Made by a program: the position numbers and the translations under genes
Notes under the pieces: model-generated
The model's database searches: none
What the model saw: the letters and a program-made list of their open reading frames with translations, nothing else
What the model was told of the DNA's origin: nothing
Source of the DNA: Candidatus Aminicenantes bacterium
Lineage (GTDB): Bacteria > Acidobacteriota > Aminicenantia > Aminicenantales > Aminicenantaceae
NCBI GenBank assembly: GCA_011772495.1
Contig: WVZL01000032.1
Coordinates: 13,893 to 77,892, forward strand
Reading direction: 5' to 3'
DNA: 64,000 nucleotides
Shown here: piece by piece, positions 17,373-27,784 of the stretch
How the letters are laid out: every line of letters begins with the position of its first letter
How positions within the stretch are numbered: the first letter of the stretch is position 1

Positions 17373-18905
17373 ATGCATAAAGTCGTCGTCCTTGATTTCG
17401 GGTCGCAGTACACGCAGCTGATTGCCAGAAAACTTAGGGAGCTGGGAGTTTTTTCAGAAATATTTCCCTTCAATATTCCCCTCGCGAAGTTAAGAAAAGA
17501 GGATCCTTCTGCCCTTATCCTCTCGGGCGGGCCGCAGAGTGTGTATGAAAAAGGAGCTCTCCTGGTCTCTAAAGAGATTTTCAAGCTGGGCATTCCTGTT
17601 TTGGGTATCTGCTATGGACTGCAGCTCATGGCTAAGCTGCTAGGAGGAAAGGTTCTCTCCTCGAAGAAAAGAGAATATGGTTTTGCTTCTCTGGAGGTTA
17701 GGGACAGAACAGGATTGCTCTCAGGGGTGAAGGACAAGGGACAAGTCTGGATGAGTCATGGCGACCGGCTGGAGAGGATTCCTCCAGGATTTATCATCTC
17801 CGGGAAGACAGCCAACACTAAAGCCGCAGTTATCGAGTCCTCTAAGGATAAGCTCTACGGTGTCCAGTTCCATCCCGAAGTCATACATACTAGAGATGGC
17901 AAAAAGATATTGACCAACTTTCTCTTCCGCCTTTCAGGGCTCAAGAACGAATGGAGCCTGGGTTCATTTATCGGAGAGAAGGTCAAAGAGATAAGAGGAT
18001 TCGTCGGGAACAAAAAAGTGATTTGTGGTCTCAGCGGTGGGATCGATTCTCTCGTAACCTCTCTCTTGGTTCACCGAGCGGTGAGGAGAAATCTTTTTTG
18101 TGTCTTTGTGGACAACGGACTTTTGAGAAAGAATCAGTACCTGGACTTGATGAAGAAATTCAGAAGGCAATTGAACCTCAATGTTATCGGAGTTGATGCT
18201 TCCGAATTGTTCCTCGATAGACTCAAAGGAGTAATTTCTCCGGAAAGAAAGAGAAAAATCATCGGGGAGTTATTCATCCGTATTTTTGAGGAGCAGGCCA
18301 GAAAGATCGGGGGAGTTGATTTTCTTGCTCAAGGGACAATTTATCCTGATGTGATCGAGAGCAGTCCTGTGAGGGGGCCCTCCTCCACCATTAAATCCCA
18401 TCATAATGTCGGGGGATTGCCGAAACGCTTGAAATTTAAGCTCATTGAACCCCTTAAAGAGCTTTTCAAAGATGAGGTTCGTGTTTTGGCGGAGGAATTG
18501 GGAATCGATAAGGATTTTATCACTCAGCATCCTTTCCCCGGGCCTGGTTTGGCAGTAAGAATTGTCGGGGAAGTAACTCGCGAGAGACTCGAGATTGTCA
18601 GGGAAGCCGATGAGATTCTTATCCAGGAGATCAGGAGGGCCGGCTTGTACAAGCAACTTTGGCAGGTCTTTGTGGTACTCCTCCCTGTAAAATCGGTGGG
18701 AGTCATGGGAGATCGCCGTACCTACCAGCGGGTCGTGGTTATCCGCCTCGTCCAGAGCGAGGATGGGATGACGGCCGCCTGGTATCAGGCTCGACCAGAG
18801 CTCTTGGCCCGGCTATCGAATCGTATAGTGAATGAAGTCCAGGGAGTGAATCGGGTCGTTTACGACATAACCACCAAGCCTCCGGGAACCATAGAATGGG
18901 AATAG
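17373..18905 (+). CDS. guaA: GMP synthase (glutamine-hydrolysing)
   Basis: 510 aa. Class-I glutamine amidotransferase domain (GICYGLQLM, HPEV) and ATP-pyrophosphatase domain SGGIDS. C-terminal GMP synthase dimerisation domain ending ...IEWE. Confidence 0.95.
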   Translation: MHKVVVLDFGSQYTQLIARKLRELGVFSEIFPFNIPLAKLRKEDPSALILSGGPQSVYEKGALLVSKEIFKLGIPVLGICYGLQLMAKLLGGKVLSSKKREYGFASLEVRDRTGLLSGVKDKGQVWMSHGDRLERIPPGFIISGKTANTKAAVIESSKDKLYGVQFHPEVIHTRDGKKILTNFLFRLSGLKNEWSLGSFIGEKVKEIRGFVGNKKVICGLSGGIDSLVTSLLVHRAVRRNLFCVFVDNGLLRKNQYLDLMKKFRRQLNLNVIGVDASELFLDRLKGVISPERKRKIIGELFIRIFEEQARKIGGVDFLAQGTIYPDVIESSPVRGPSSTIKSHHNVGGLPKRLKFKLIEPLKELFKDEVRVLAEELGIDKDFITQHPFPGPGLAVRIVGEVTRERLEIVREADEILIQEIRRAGLYKQLWQVFVVLLPVKSVGVMGDRRTYQRVVVIRLVQSEDGMTAAWYQARPELLARLSNRIVNEVQGVNRVVYDITTKPPGTIEWE

Positions 18906-18934
18906 ACTTGATAAGCAAGGAGCTGGGTTAGGCA

Positions 18935-21900
18935 ATGGAACTTTCCTTTATCCATCTTCATAACCATTCAGAGTTCAGCATCCTGGATGGAGCGCTTAAG
19001 ATCAAGGATTTGGTCGAGGCTGCCTATGAAAATAATATGCCAGCCGTGGCCCTGACTGACCATGGAAATATATTCGGGGCCGTGAGTTTCTTCAATGAAG
19101 CCAAGGTGAAAGGAATCAAGCCCATTCTCGGATGCGAGATGTATGTGGCTCCTAAAGGCCGTTTGGAAAAAAAGTTAAAGCAGTCAGAAGTTAGTCATTT
19201 TCACCTGCTGCTTTTGGTCAAAGATGAGAAAGGGTACAAAAACCTCTGTCAGCTCGTAACCAAGAGTTATTTAGAGGGCTTTTATTATAAACCTCGGATT
19301 GACAAGGAGCTCTTGGCCCAGCATTCGGAAGGACTTATCGGATTTTCCGCCTGTCTGAAGGGAGAAATCAGCTATTTCTTGAGCCAAGGTGCAGAAGACG
19401 AGGCAAAGAGGGCCGCCCTGGAGTACGGGGCCTTGTTCAATGATGATTTCTACATCGAGCTTCAAGACAATGGATTGGAAAAGCAGCAGGAGGTCAAGCC
19501 CTTGCTCATACAGCTAGCGCAAAAACTCAAGCTCCCTTTAGTGGCTACTAATGATACCCATTATCTCCACCGAGATGATGCGGAAAGCCACGATATCCTC
19601 CTCTGTATTCAAACCAATAAAAAGGTTAATGATCAGGATAGGATTCGTTTTGGAACAGATGAGTTCTACTTCAAGCCAGCAGCAGAAATGATAGATATAT
19701 TCAAGGACGTTCCTGAAGCTATCCAGAATACGGCCAAGATAGCGGCCAAATGCAATTTTGATTTCCCTGATTCAGGATATTTTTTGCCTCAATTCAAAGT
19801 TCCGGAGGATGGGTCTTTGGAGCAATATTTTGATGAGGTGGCCAAAGAAGGGTTAGAGATGCGCGCCCAGTTCCTGCACAAGAAAGAAGAAAAAAAGGAG
19901 CTGAGCCATCCTGTTCCCGAATACGCCGAGAGGCTCGAGAAGGAAGTGAAGCTCATCAAAGAAATGGAGTTCGAAGGCTATTTCTTGATAGTCTGGGATC
20001 TCATTCAGAAGGCCAAAGAAAACAATATTCCTGTGGGACCGGGAAGAGGCTCAGCTGCGGGGAGCTTGCTTGCTTATTGCCTAGGCATAACCGACATCGA
20101 CCCTATCGAATATGATCTTTTATTCGAAAGGTTCTTGAATCCAGAACGCATCAGCCTCCCTGATATTGATATTGATTTCTGCGGACGGAGAAGAGAAGAG
20201 GTTCTGGATTATGTGACCAAAAAGTATGGCCAAGAGAATGTTTGCCAGATCATCACCTTCGGCACCATGGCTGCCCGTCAGGCGGTCAGGGATGCGGGGC
20301 GGGCTTTAGAGGTGCCCCTTCCTGAAGTCGACCGGATAGCCAAGATGATTCCGCCTTTTGGTCCGGAGGCTTCCATCGAAGGCGCGTTGAACAAGATTCC
20401 CCAGCTGAAAGAGCTGAGAGACGGAAACCCGAAAATCGCTCACCTTCTCTCTGTAGCGCAAAAATTGGAGGGTCAGGTTCGACATCCTTCTATCCATGCC
20501 GCTGGGATCGTTATCACGCCCAAGCCTCTAGTGGAATTCATGCCTCTTTATCAATCGGCCAAGGGTGAGATTACCACCCAATTCCCGATGCAGGATATCG
20601 AGGCCATAGGTTTACTGAAAATGGATCTATTGGGTCTCCGCAACTTGACTGTCATCCAGGATACCACTGAACTGGTGAAAAAAGATGAAGGGGAAGAGAT
20701 CGACTTGAAGGAAATTCCCTTGGATGATCTAGAGACGTTCGAAGTTTTCAAATCAGGCAACACGGATGGGGTGTTTCAGTTTGAGAGCCCAGGCATGAAG
20801 GACCTGCTTCGTAATTTTAAGCCAGAAAGCTTCCGGGATTTGATCGCTTTGAATGCCCTTTATCGACCTGGTCCTTTAAAAAGCGGCATGACAGATGAAT
20901 TCATAAAGCGCAAACATCATCCCAATCGGCTCAATTATGAATGTCCTGAACTCGAGCCGATTCTAAAAGAGACACAGGGAATTATCGTTTACCAAGAACA
21001 GGTCATGGAGATAGCCACGGAACTGGCTGGATTTTCATTGGCTGAGGCAGATATATTACGAAAGGCCATGGGCAAAAAAGTGACACGCATAATGAAAGCG
21101 CAGAGGCAGAGGTTTATCCAAGGGGCTAAGAAGAAAGGTCTTAGCCAGGCAAAAGCGGATAAAATCTTCGAGCAAATCAAGTATTTTGCTGGGTATGGAT
21201 TCAACAAGTCTCACAGTGCCGCTTACGCTTATTTGGCTTACCAAACCGCGTATCTCAAAGCACATTTTCCGGTCTATTTTCTGGCGGCTCTTCTGACCTC
21301 TGAAGCAGAGAGGGGTGCGACTTCCCAAGTCGTCAAGTATATCAACGAGTGCCAGGGAATGGGAATCGAAGTCTTGGCTCCAGATATAAACGAGAGCGAT
21401 CTAAATTTCAGAGTGGAGGGTGGGAATATTCGATTTGGCCTTTCGGCCATCAAGAATGTGGGAGAGGGAGCGGTCAGGGAGTTGCTGAAGGCAAGAAAAA
21501 CAATAGGAAAATTCGAGACTCCTTTTGATATTTTCCAAGAAGTCAGCCCAACGACTGTTAACCGAAAAGTGATCGAAAGTTTGATCAAGGCTGGTGCCCT
21601 AGATTCTCTGGGATGGAGGAGGTCTCAATGCTTCCACCTGATCGACAATATGCTTGACTTTGCTCATGAGGTTCAAAAGATGAAATCTTCAAAGCAGAGT
21701 CTTCTTTTCGGTCAGGGTCGGGTCGAGCCGCCTTCTGTACCAGCGGAAATAAAACAGATGAGAGAGTGGGATGAATCTCTCTTGCTGTCCTATGAAAAAG
21801 ATGCCCTGGGATTCTATATCACCGGGCATCCTCTGGCCCAATTTGGAAAACGTTTGAATAAACTCGTTTCTCATTCCCTCAACGAGTTGGATGAAGAACG

Positions 21901-22411
21901 GGACTTTAACAGTGAGGTCCGGGTGGCTGGAATCATCGCCTCCCTAAAAGCCCTCAAGACCAAAAAAGATGAACGAATGGCCACTTTCTTCTTGGAAGAT
22001 TTAAGTGGTCGGATAGAGGTGGTGGCTTTCCCTGATAGTTACAAGAGGTACTTTGATTATCTGGGAGAAGGCCAGCTCGTGTGGGTTAAAGGCCGGTTCA
22101 TGGGAGAAGGAGAAAACCGCCGGATTCATCTGGTCCAGATCATGCCCTTAGCTGACGCTTTGCAGAAACAGGCCAAAAGAGTGATCTTAAGCATTTTCCT
22201 CCCTGGGTTGGAAGAATCGGTTTTTACAGATTTGAAGGAAATGCTGGATAAGCATCCAGGAAACTGTCCGGTGCTTTTTGAGTTAGAAACCCCTCATTCC
22301 TATCGAATGATCGCACAGTCCATAGAGATTCAGGGAGTGACCCCGTCCGAAGACCTGACCAGAAGTATCGAGAGCTTGCTCGGCGAGGGTTCGATTTTGA
22401 TTGAATACTAA
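18935..22411 (+). CDS. dnaE: DNA polymerase III alpha subunit
   Basis: 1158 aa. PHP domain (FIHLHNHSEFSILDGA), polymerase core (GPGRGSAAGSLLAYCLGIT, PDIDIDF) and OB-fold C-terminus. Confidence 0.95.
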   Translation: MELSFIHLHNHSEFSILDGALKIKDLVEAAYENNMPAVALTDHGNIFGAVSFFNEAKVKGIKPILGCEMYVAPKGRLEKKLKQSEVSHFHLLLLVKDEKGYKNLCQLVTKSYLEGFYYKPRIDKELLAQHSEGLIGFSACLKGEISYFLSQGAEDEAKRAALEYGALFNDDFYIELQDNGLEKQQEVKPLLIQLAQKLKLPLVATNDTHYLHRDDAESHDILLCIQTNKKVNDQDRIRFGTDEFYFKPAAEMIDIFKDVPEAIQNTAKIAAKCNFDFPDSGYFLPQFKVPEDGSLEQYFDEVAKEGLEMRAQFLHKKEEKKELSHPVPEYAERLEKEVKLIKEMEFEGYFLIVWDLIQKAKENNIPVGPGRGSAAGSLLAYCLGITDIDPIEYDLLFERFLNPERISLPDIDIDFCGRRREEVLDYVTKKYGQENVCQIITFGTMAARQAVRDAGRALEVPLPEVDRIAKMIPPFGPEASIEGALNKIPQLKELRDGNPKIAHLLSVAQKLEGQVRHPSIHAAGIVITPKPLVEFMPLYQSAKGEITTQFPMQDIEAIGLLKMDLLGLRNLTVIQDTTELVKKDEGEEIDLKEIPLDDLETFEVFKSGNTDGVFQFESPGMKDLLRNFKPESFRDLIALNALYRPGPLKSGMTDEFIKRKHHPNRLNYECPELEPILKETQGIIVYQEQVMEIATELAGFSLAEADILRKAMGKKVTRIMKAQRQRFIQGAKKKGLSQAKADKIFEQIKYFAGYGFNKSHSAAYAYLAYQTAYLKAHFPVYFLAALLTSEAERGATSQVVKYINECQGMGIEVLAPDINESDLNFRVEGGNIRFGLSAIKNVGEGAVRELLKARKTIGKFETPFDIFQEVSPTTVNRKVIESLIKAGALDSLGWRRSQCFHLIDNMLDFAHEVQKMKSSKQSLLFGQGRVEPPSVPAEIKQMREWDESLLLSYEKDALGFYITGHPLAQFGKRLNKLVSHSLNELDEERDFNSEVRVAGIIASLKALKTKKDERMATFFLEDLSGRIEVVAFPDSYKRYFDYLGEGQLVWVKGRFMGEGENRRIHLVQIMPLADALQKQAKRVILSIFLPGLEESVFTDLKEMLDKHPGNCPVLFELETPHSYRMIAQSIEIQGVTPSEDLTRSIESLLGEGSILIEY

Positions 22412-22482
22412 AGGGTGTTCATCATTTTGTTTATTCCACCAAAGCGAGATTTGATAAACTTCAAAATAGGATTGGGGACTCT

Positions 22483-23694
22483 GTGAAAATACTACTGACC
22501 TGCAAGCAATTTCCTCATTCTAGAGTCATAGGCGGGCCCATCATTATCTATAATCGTCTCAAGTACCTATCCCAAAGACACCTGGTTTCTCTGGCTGCTT
22601 TTGCCTGCGAAGAAGACAAAGAGTACATCTCTTCGGTCAAGCCTTTCTGTCATGATCTCCAGCTTGTCCCTTATCCTCGGAAACACTCTTTTTTGAAAAT
22701 CGCTTGGGATTTTTTCGCCTCTCCTGTTCCTCCCTATTTCCGCCAAACCTACGACTCTCCAGAGATGTCGAGAGTGATTGGAGAGATGGTCCAGAAGGAC
22801 AGGTATGATTTCGTCATTGCCGAGTATTCGGTGATGGGACAATTCATCCATAATAATCCTACGCTTCCTCCAGTCCGAAGGGTTATCTCGGTTCATGAAA
22901 GCTATTATCTCGCGCGGAAGAAAGCCTTCCGTCATCATAGGTTGGGTCTCAAAAAGCTGAGAGAGGCAGTCAACCTCAAAGGGCTGAAGAAATATGAATT
23001 TGATATGTACCACCAGGCGGATAAAGTCTTGACTCTCACCCCCGAAGGGAAGGAAGAGCTGTTAGAAATTTGTCCAGAGCTGGATATCTCTATCGTTCCT
23101 CACGGAGTTGACGTCGATTATTTTGCCTTCTTAGACTCCAAGGATGCTGAAGAGAGCATTGTCTTCATCGGGAATTATCTACATTATCCCAATGTCAATG
23201 CCGTCTTGTATTTTCATCGTGAGATCTGGCCTCGTCTGAAAAATCTCTTGCCCAAGATAAAATTCTATGTCGTCGGCCAAGCCCCTCCGGTGGAGATCCA
23301 AAAGCTTGCTCGAGATGAGTCCATCGTCGTGACCGGGCGGGTAGATGATGTGCGCCCTTACATAAAGAAAGGACGGGTGTTCATTTGTCCGGTGGACTTG
23401 GGCGGCGGCTTCCGAGGAAAGATCCTCGAGGCTATGGCCATGGGCCGTCCAGTGGTTTCCACTTCCTTGGGAGCAGAAGGGATTCCTGTTCAAGATAGAG
23501 AGAATATCATTATTGGCGATGACCCGGAGAAATTTGCCCAGGGCGTTGTTGAGCTGATGAAGGACGAGGCGCTTTTTCGAAGGATAGCCAAGAAAGGCCG
23601 CCAGCTCATGGAGGAGAAGTATGCTTGGGAGAAAGGAGTAGAAGTCATGGAGGGCATTCTTGCAGGAATGATGTCTGAGACGCCCTCGAATTGA
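22483..23694 (+). CDS. Glycosyltransferase family 4 (GT-B, retaining)
   Basis: 403 aa. C-terminal GT4 signature (FICPVDLGGGFRGKILEAMAMGRPVVSTSLGAEGI). Confidence 0.8.
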   Translation: MKILLTCKQFPHSRVIGGPIIIYNRLKYLSQRHLVSLAAFACEEDKEYISSVKPFCHDLQLVPYPRKHSFLKIAWDFFASPVPPYFRQTYDSPEMSRVIGEMVQKDRYDFVIAEYSVMGQFIHNNPTLPPVRRVISVHESYYLARKKAFRHHRLGLKKLREAVNLKGLKKYEFDMYHQADKVLTLTPEGKEELLEICPELDISIVPHGVDVDYFAFLDSKDAEESIVFIGNYLHYPNVNAVLYFHREIWPRLKNLLPKIKFYVVGQAPPVEIQKLARDESIVVTGRVDDVRPYIKKGRVFICPVDLGGGFRGKILEAMAMGRPVVSTSLGAEGIPVQDRENIIIGDDPEKFAQGVVELMKDEALFRRIAKKGRQLMEEKYAWEKGVEVMEGILAGMMSETPSN

Positions 23695-23711
23695 TGATTT
23701 GAAGAGGAGAG

Positions 23712-24944
23712 GTGACTATGAAGACAACCATGGTTATCCCCAGTTACTGGGGAAGGAAAAGAGAAGAACGAGCTAGAAAAGCCGATGCAGTTTATGATCA
23801 CCCGACTCCCTTAGATGAAGAGGGAACACTGGGCCGAATCCTGGACAGCCTGTCTATTCTAAAGAACAAAGATTTTTCTCTAGTGGTCATTGGTGTGTCA
23901 GTTGCCCCAGATATTGAAAGAGAAGTCGAGGCCAAGGTTTCCTCGATTGTTAAAGAAACACAGCCTGAGATGAAGACGCTTTTCTTTTCCTACGCTCATC
24001 TAGAGAAGATACACAGCTATTTAAAAGACCAGGGAAAGGAGGACTTTATCTCTCTTTTACAGCTCAAGGGATACCCCAGCATCCGCAACCTCTGTATCTT
24101 TCTTCCGCATCTCTTGGGTTCAGAAGTAGCAGTCCTGATAGACGATGATGAGATTTTCGAAGACGAAAGATACGTGGATAAAGCCTTAGAATTCATCGGT
24201 CAAGAGCATAACGGAAAAAAAGTCTTAGCAGTAGCTGGATACTATTTAAACCCGGACAATGATTTCTTCCTCCATAAGGAAGCATTACCCTGGATGACCT
24301 ACTGGAACAAGATTGATTGTATTAACCGCGCCTTTGAAGAGATTATAAACAAAAGACCCAGGCTCAAGGAAACTCCGTTTGTCTTCGGTGGAAATGCAGT
24401 CCTCCACCGAGACCTGTTCTCGCAGGTTCCGTTCGATCCTTTAGTGGGTCGAGGTGAAGATATTGATTTCCTGATTAATGCCAAAATGTTCGGCTTCCCC
24501 TTCTTCTTGGATAATGAGCTTTCTATCAAACATGCTGCTCCTCCCAAAACCCACCCCAAATGGAAACAAGTCCGGGAAGATATTTTCCGTTTCGTGTATG
24601 ACCGGAGCAAGCTCCTGACCCAAAAACCGGCTCCCAACATGGTTCATGTATCGGCTGAAGAACTCGACCCTTACCCTGGAGAATTCCTCAAAGAAGATCT
24701 AGAAGAGCGGATCTTTCGTTCGAATCAAATGCTGGCGCTGGATTACCTTTCCCAGGGAGATAAAAAGGGAGCCCAGGAATGCCTGAACAACATCTTCCTG
24801 GCCAACACAGAGGCCTGGCCGAAAAAAGACCCCTTCCAGCATCTTCTTGAGCTTCAGGCCCTCTGGAAGAGCCTGATGGATTATTTTTCTTCAGAAAAAG
24901 TGGCTCGAGAAGTCAGCAGCTTGATCCAATTTCCTCTAGAATAA
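23712..24944 (+). CDS. Glycosyltransferase-like protein (putative GT-A fold with DxD-like IDDDE motif; family unassigned)
   Basis: 410-aa ORF 17 nt downstream of the GT4 gene. VIPSYW N-terminus and VLIDDDEIFED acidic motif. Function not recognised. Confidence 0.4.
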   Translation: MTMKTTMVIPSYWGRKREERARKADAVYDHPTPLDEEGTLGRILDSLSILKNKDFSLVVIGVSVAPDIEREVEAKVSSIVKETQPEMKTLFFSYAHLEKIHSYLKDQGKEDFISLLQLKGYPSIRNLCIFLPHLLGSEVAVLIDDDEIFEDERYVDKALEFIGQEHNGKKVLAVAGYYLNPDNDFFLHKEALPWMTYWNKIDCINRAFEEIINKRPRLKETPFVFGGNAVLHRDLFSQVPFDPLVGRGEDIDFLINAKMFGFPFFLDNELSIKHAAPPKTHPKWKQVREDIFRFVYDRSKLLTQKPAPNMVHVSAEELDPYPGEFLKEDLEERIFRSNQMLALDYLSQGDKKGAQECLNNIFLANTEAWPKKDPFQHLLELQALWKSLMDYFSSEKVAREVSSLIQFPLE

Positions 24945-24961
24945 AAAGAAATAAAAAGGAA

Positions 24962-25042
24962 GGGGTCAGGTCTTGACTTTCAACATTTTCAGGAAAATAT
25001 TTGATTTAGATAGCAATATATTAAAAGTCAAGACCTGACCCC
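24962..25042. repeat. 81-nt palindromic intergenic element, copy 1 (19-bp stem GGGGTCAGGTCTTGACTTT / AAAGTCAAGACCTGACCCC)
   Basis: Perfect 19-nt inverted termini around a ~43-nt AT-rich loop. A second 81-nt copy with conserved termini sits at 39371-39451. Confidence 0.8.
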
Positions 25043-25113
25043 ATATGAAAACTTTCCCCTTCCTTAAAAAATTGTTAAAATAGGCAGGATACATGAAATG
25101 GAAATAGAGAAGA

Positions 25114-27744
25114 ATGAAGACTAAGCCTGTTTTGGAGAAAGCCTACAACCCGAAACCCGTGGAGGAGAAGTGGAATAAGTTTTGGGAAGATGAAGGAGTC
25201 TTTATAGCCCAGGCCGCTTCTGCGAAAGAGAAGTTTTCTATTGCCCTTCCTCCTCCTAATGTAACAGGAAGGCTTCACATTGGCCACGCCCTTTGTTTCA
25301 CTCTTCCTGATATTGTTGTCCGCTGGAGGAGGATGCAGGGGCACAACACCCTTTGGCTTCCTGGTACTGATCATGCCAGCATAGCTGTCCATAATGTGGT
25401 GGAACAGAGTTTGGCTGAGAAGGGTCTAAGCCGGGAACAGATTGGTCGAGAGAAGTTCCTTGAGGTTGCTTGGGAATGGAAGCAAAAACACGGCACTATC
25501 ATCATCAACCAGCTCAAAAAACTCGGGGCCTCCTTAGACTGGACCAGGGAGAGGTTTACCCTGGATGATGGTTATCGCCAAGCTGTCAGGCGTGTTTTTG
25601 TAGACCTTTATGAAGAAGGTCTCATCTATAGAGATTATTATTTGGTTAACCGCTGCCCCCACTGCGGAACAGTTCTCTCCGATATTGAAGTGGAACACCA
25701 AGAGTTAAAAGGGAAACTCTATTACATCAAGTATCCCCTTGAGGGCTCAGAGGATTTTGTTGAGGTTGCCACCACCAGGCCGGAGACGATGCTGGGCGAT
25801 ACAGGAGTAGCTGTTCATCCTGAAGATGAACGTTATGCCAAGATTCAAGGGAAAAAAGTCAGCTTGCCACTAACTAATAGAGTCATCCCGATCATTCTTG
25901 ATGATATGGTCGATATGGAATTCGGTACCGGAGCGGTTAAGGTCACGCCTGCCCATGATCCTGTTGATTATGAGTTGGGAAAGAAGCACAACCTGGAACA
26001 GATCATCGTTATCGACGGCTCAGGGAAAATGACCGAGGAGGCCGGTGAGGAATTCAAGGGCTTGGACAGGTTTGAATGTCGGGAAAAAGTCCTCAAAATG
26101 CTGAAAGAGGCGGGATTGCTCGATAAAGTCGAAGACTATCAGCATGCGGTGGGACATTGTTACCGATGCCGAACCATCATCGAACCGAATCTTTCCTGGC
26201 AGTGGTTCGTTAAGGTCGAGCCTCTAGCCAAGGAAGCTATCAGGGTCGTAGAAGAAGGAGATATTCAGTTCATTCCTCCTAACTGGGAGAAGACCTATTT
26301 CGAGTGGATGTATAATATTCATGATTGGTGCATTTCCCGCCAGCTCTGGTGGGGGCACAGGATTCCTGCCTGGTATTGTCAAGATTGCGAAGAGATGATT
26401 GTCGGCCTGGAGGATCCGCAAAAGTGCGGAAAATGTCAGAGTTCGCGCCTGTTGCAGGAAGAAGATGTTCTGGACACCTGGTTCAGCTCTGCTCTTTGGC
26501 CTTTTGCTACCCTTGGTTGGCCAGGGGAAACCGAAGACCTGAAGGTCTTCTACCCCACGGATCTTATGTCCACTGGGTTCGACATCATCTTTTTCTGGGT
26601 GGCCCGGATGATCATGATGGGACTCAAGTTTGCCAAGGATATTCCTTTTAAACATGTCTTCATCAATGGTTTAGTCCGAGATTTCAGAAGGCGGAAGATG
26701 AGCAAATCCGAGGGAAATGTTATCGATCCCTTGGACATGATAGACAAATACGGGACTGACGCTCTGAGATTCACCCTGGCTGCTTTGGCTATACCGGGCA
26801 TGGATCTTTCTCTTTCTGAAGAGAGGATGGCTGGCTACCGAGCTTTTGCCAATAAGATCTGGAACGCTTCCCGTTTTGTGCTGATGAATATCGATGCTCA
26901 TGATATTGAGATCAAGGAGAAGGAATTGACGCTGGCCGATAGGTGGATTCGGAGCCGCACCGATAGAATGATCGAAGAATTGAGTAAGGCCTTGGAAGAG
27001 TATAAATTTTACGAAGCAGCCGATAAGATCTACCACTTTATCTGGCATGAATTCTGTGATTGGTACATCGAATTGGTCAAACCGGCCCTGAAGGAGAAGA
27101 ACAAAACATCCCAGGCCGTTCTCGTCGAATCCTTGGACTTGATCCTGAAGCTTCTCCACCCCTTCATGCCTTTCATCACCGAGGAGATTTGGCAGCATCT
27201 TCCCTCAGCCCAGAAATCACTGGCCGTGGCTCCTTTTCCTGAATCAAATAAGTCTCTCAGGGATGAAAAAGCAGAGGGAGAGATGGAGCTTCTCCAGCAA
27301 GCCATCGTTGAAGTCAGGACTATTCGTGCCGAGAACAGGATCCCTCCCCGGGCTAAGGTTGAACTCTGGATGAAGGTGAAGAACAGCGAGGAGAAGTCGA
27401 TGATCGAGGCTCATCGAATTTATTTCCAGACACTGGCGAATGTCCAGAACATAGAATTTATTGATAAATTTCCTCCAGAGAAGAGGCTCCTGAAGGGAGT
27501 TGTTGGTTCTTGGGAGATGGCCCTTTCCCTGGAAGGCGTTTTGAATCTAGAGCAGGAGAAAATGAGGCTGGAAAGAGAAATCTCGAAACTGTCATTGGAT
27601 ACAGAAAAACTCGAGAAGCGGCTGAAGAATAAGAATTTCATCGACCGGGCTCCTGAGAATGTCGTCCGGGAAACAAAAGAGAAGCTCAAGTCGCTCCAGA
27701 ATCGAAAGGCAAAACTTGAGGAAAGCTTAAAGAATATATCCTGA
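25114..27744 (+). CDS. valS: Valine--tRNA ligase
   Basis: 876 aa. HIGH (PPNVTGRLHIGHAL) and KMSKS motifs, editing domain, C-terminal coiled coil. Confidence 0.95.
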   Translation: MKTKPVLEKAYNPKPVEEKWNKFWEDEGVFIAQAASAKEKFSIALPPPNVTGRLHIGHALCFTLPDIVVRWRRMQGHNTLWLPGTDHASIAVHNVVEQSLAEKGLSREQIGREKFLEVAWEWKQKHGTIIINQLKKLGASLDWTRERFTLDDGYRQAVRRVFVDLYEEGLIYRDYYLVNRCPHCGTVLSDIEVEHQELKGKLYYIKYPLEGSEDFVEVATTRPETMLGDTGVAVHPEDERYAKIQGKKVSLPLTNRVIPIILDDMVDMEFGTGAVKVTPAHDPVDYELGKKHNLEQIIVIDGSGKMTEEAGEEFKGLDRFECREKVLKMLKEAGLLDKVEDYQHAVGHCYRCRTIIEPNLSWQWFVKVEPLAKEAIRVVEEGDIQFIPPNWEKTYFEWMYNIHDWCISRQLWWGHRIPAWYCQDCEEMIVGLEDPQKCGKCQSSRLLQEEDVLDTWFSSALWPFATLGWPGETEDLKVFYPTDLMSTGFDIIFFWVARMIMMGLKFAKDIPFKHVFINGLVRDFRRRKMSKSEGNVIDPLDMIDKYGTDALRFTLAALAIPGMDLSLSEERMAGYRAFANKIWNASRFVLMNIDAHDIEIKEKELTLADRWIRSRTDRMIEELSKALEEYKFYEAADKIYHFIWHEFCDWYIELVKPALKEKNKTSQAVLVESLDLILKLLHPFMPFITEEIWQHLPSAQKSLAVAPFPESNKSLRDEKAEGEMELLQQAIVEVRTIRAENRIPPRAKVELWMKVKNSEEKSMIEAHRIYFQTLANVQNIEFIDKFPPEKRLLKGVVGSWEMALSLEGVLNLEQEKMRLEREISKLSLDTEKLEKRLKNKNFIDRAPENVVRETKEKLKSLQNRKAKLEESLKNIS

Positions 27745-27784
27745 GCATGAATGCGGGAAAATTCCCCCTTCTTCTTTTGCTATC

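Noticed and set aside
26224-27305. Multiple minus-strand ORFs (up to 175 aa) inside valS
   Set aside because: Antisense to valS, which matches Val-tRNA synthetase along its full length.
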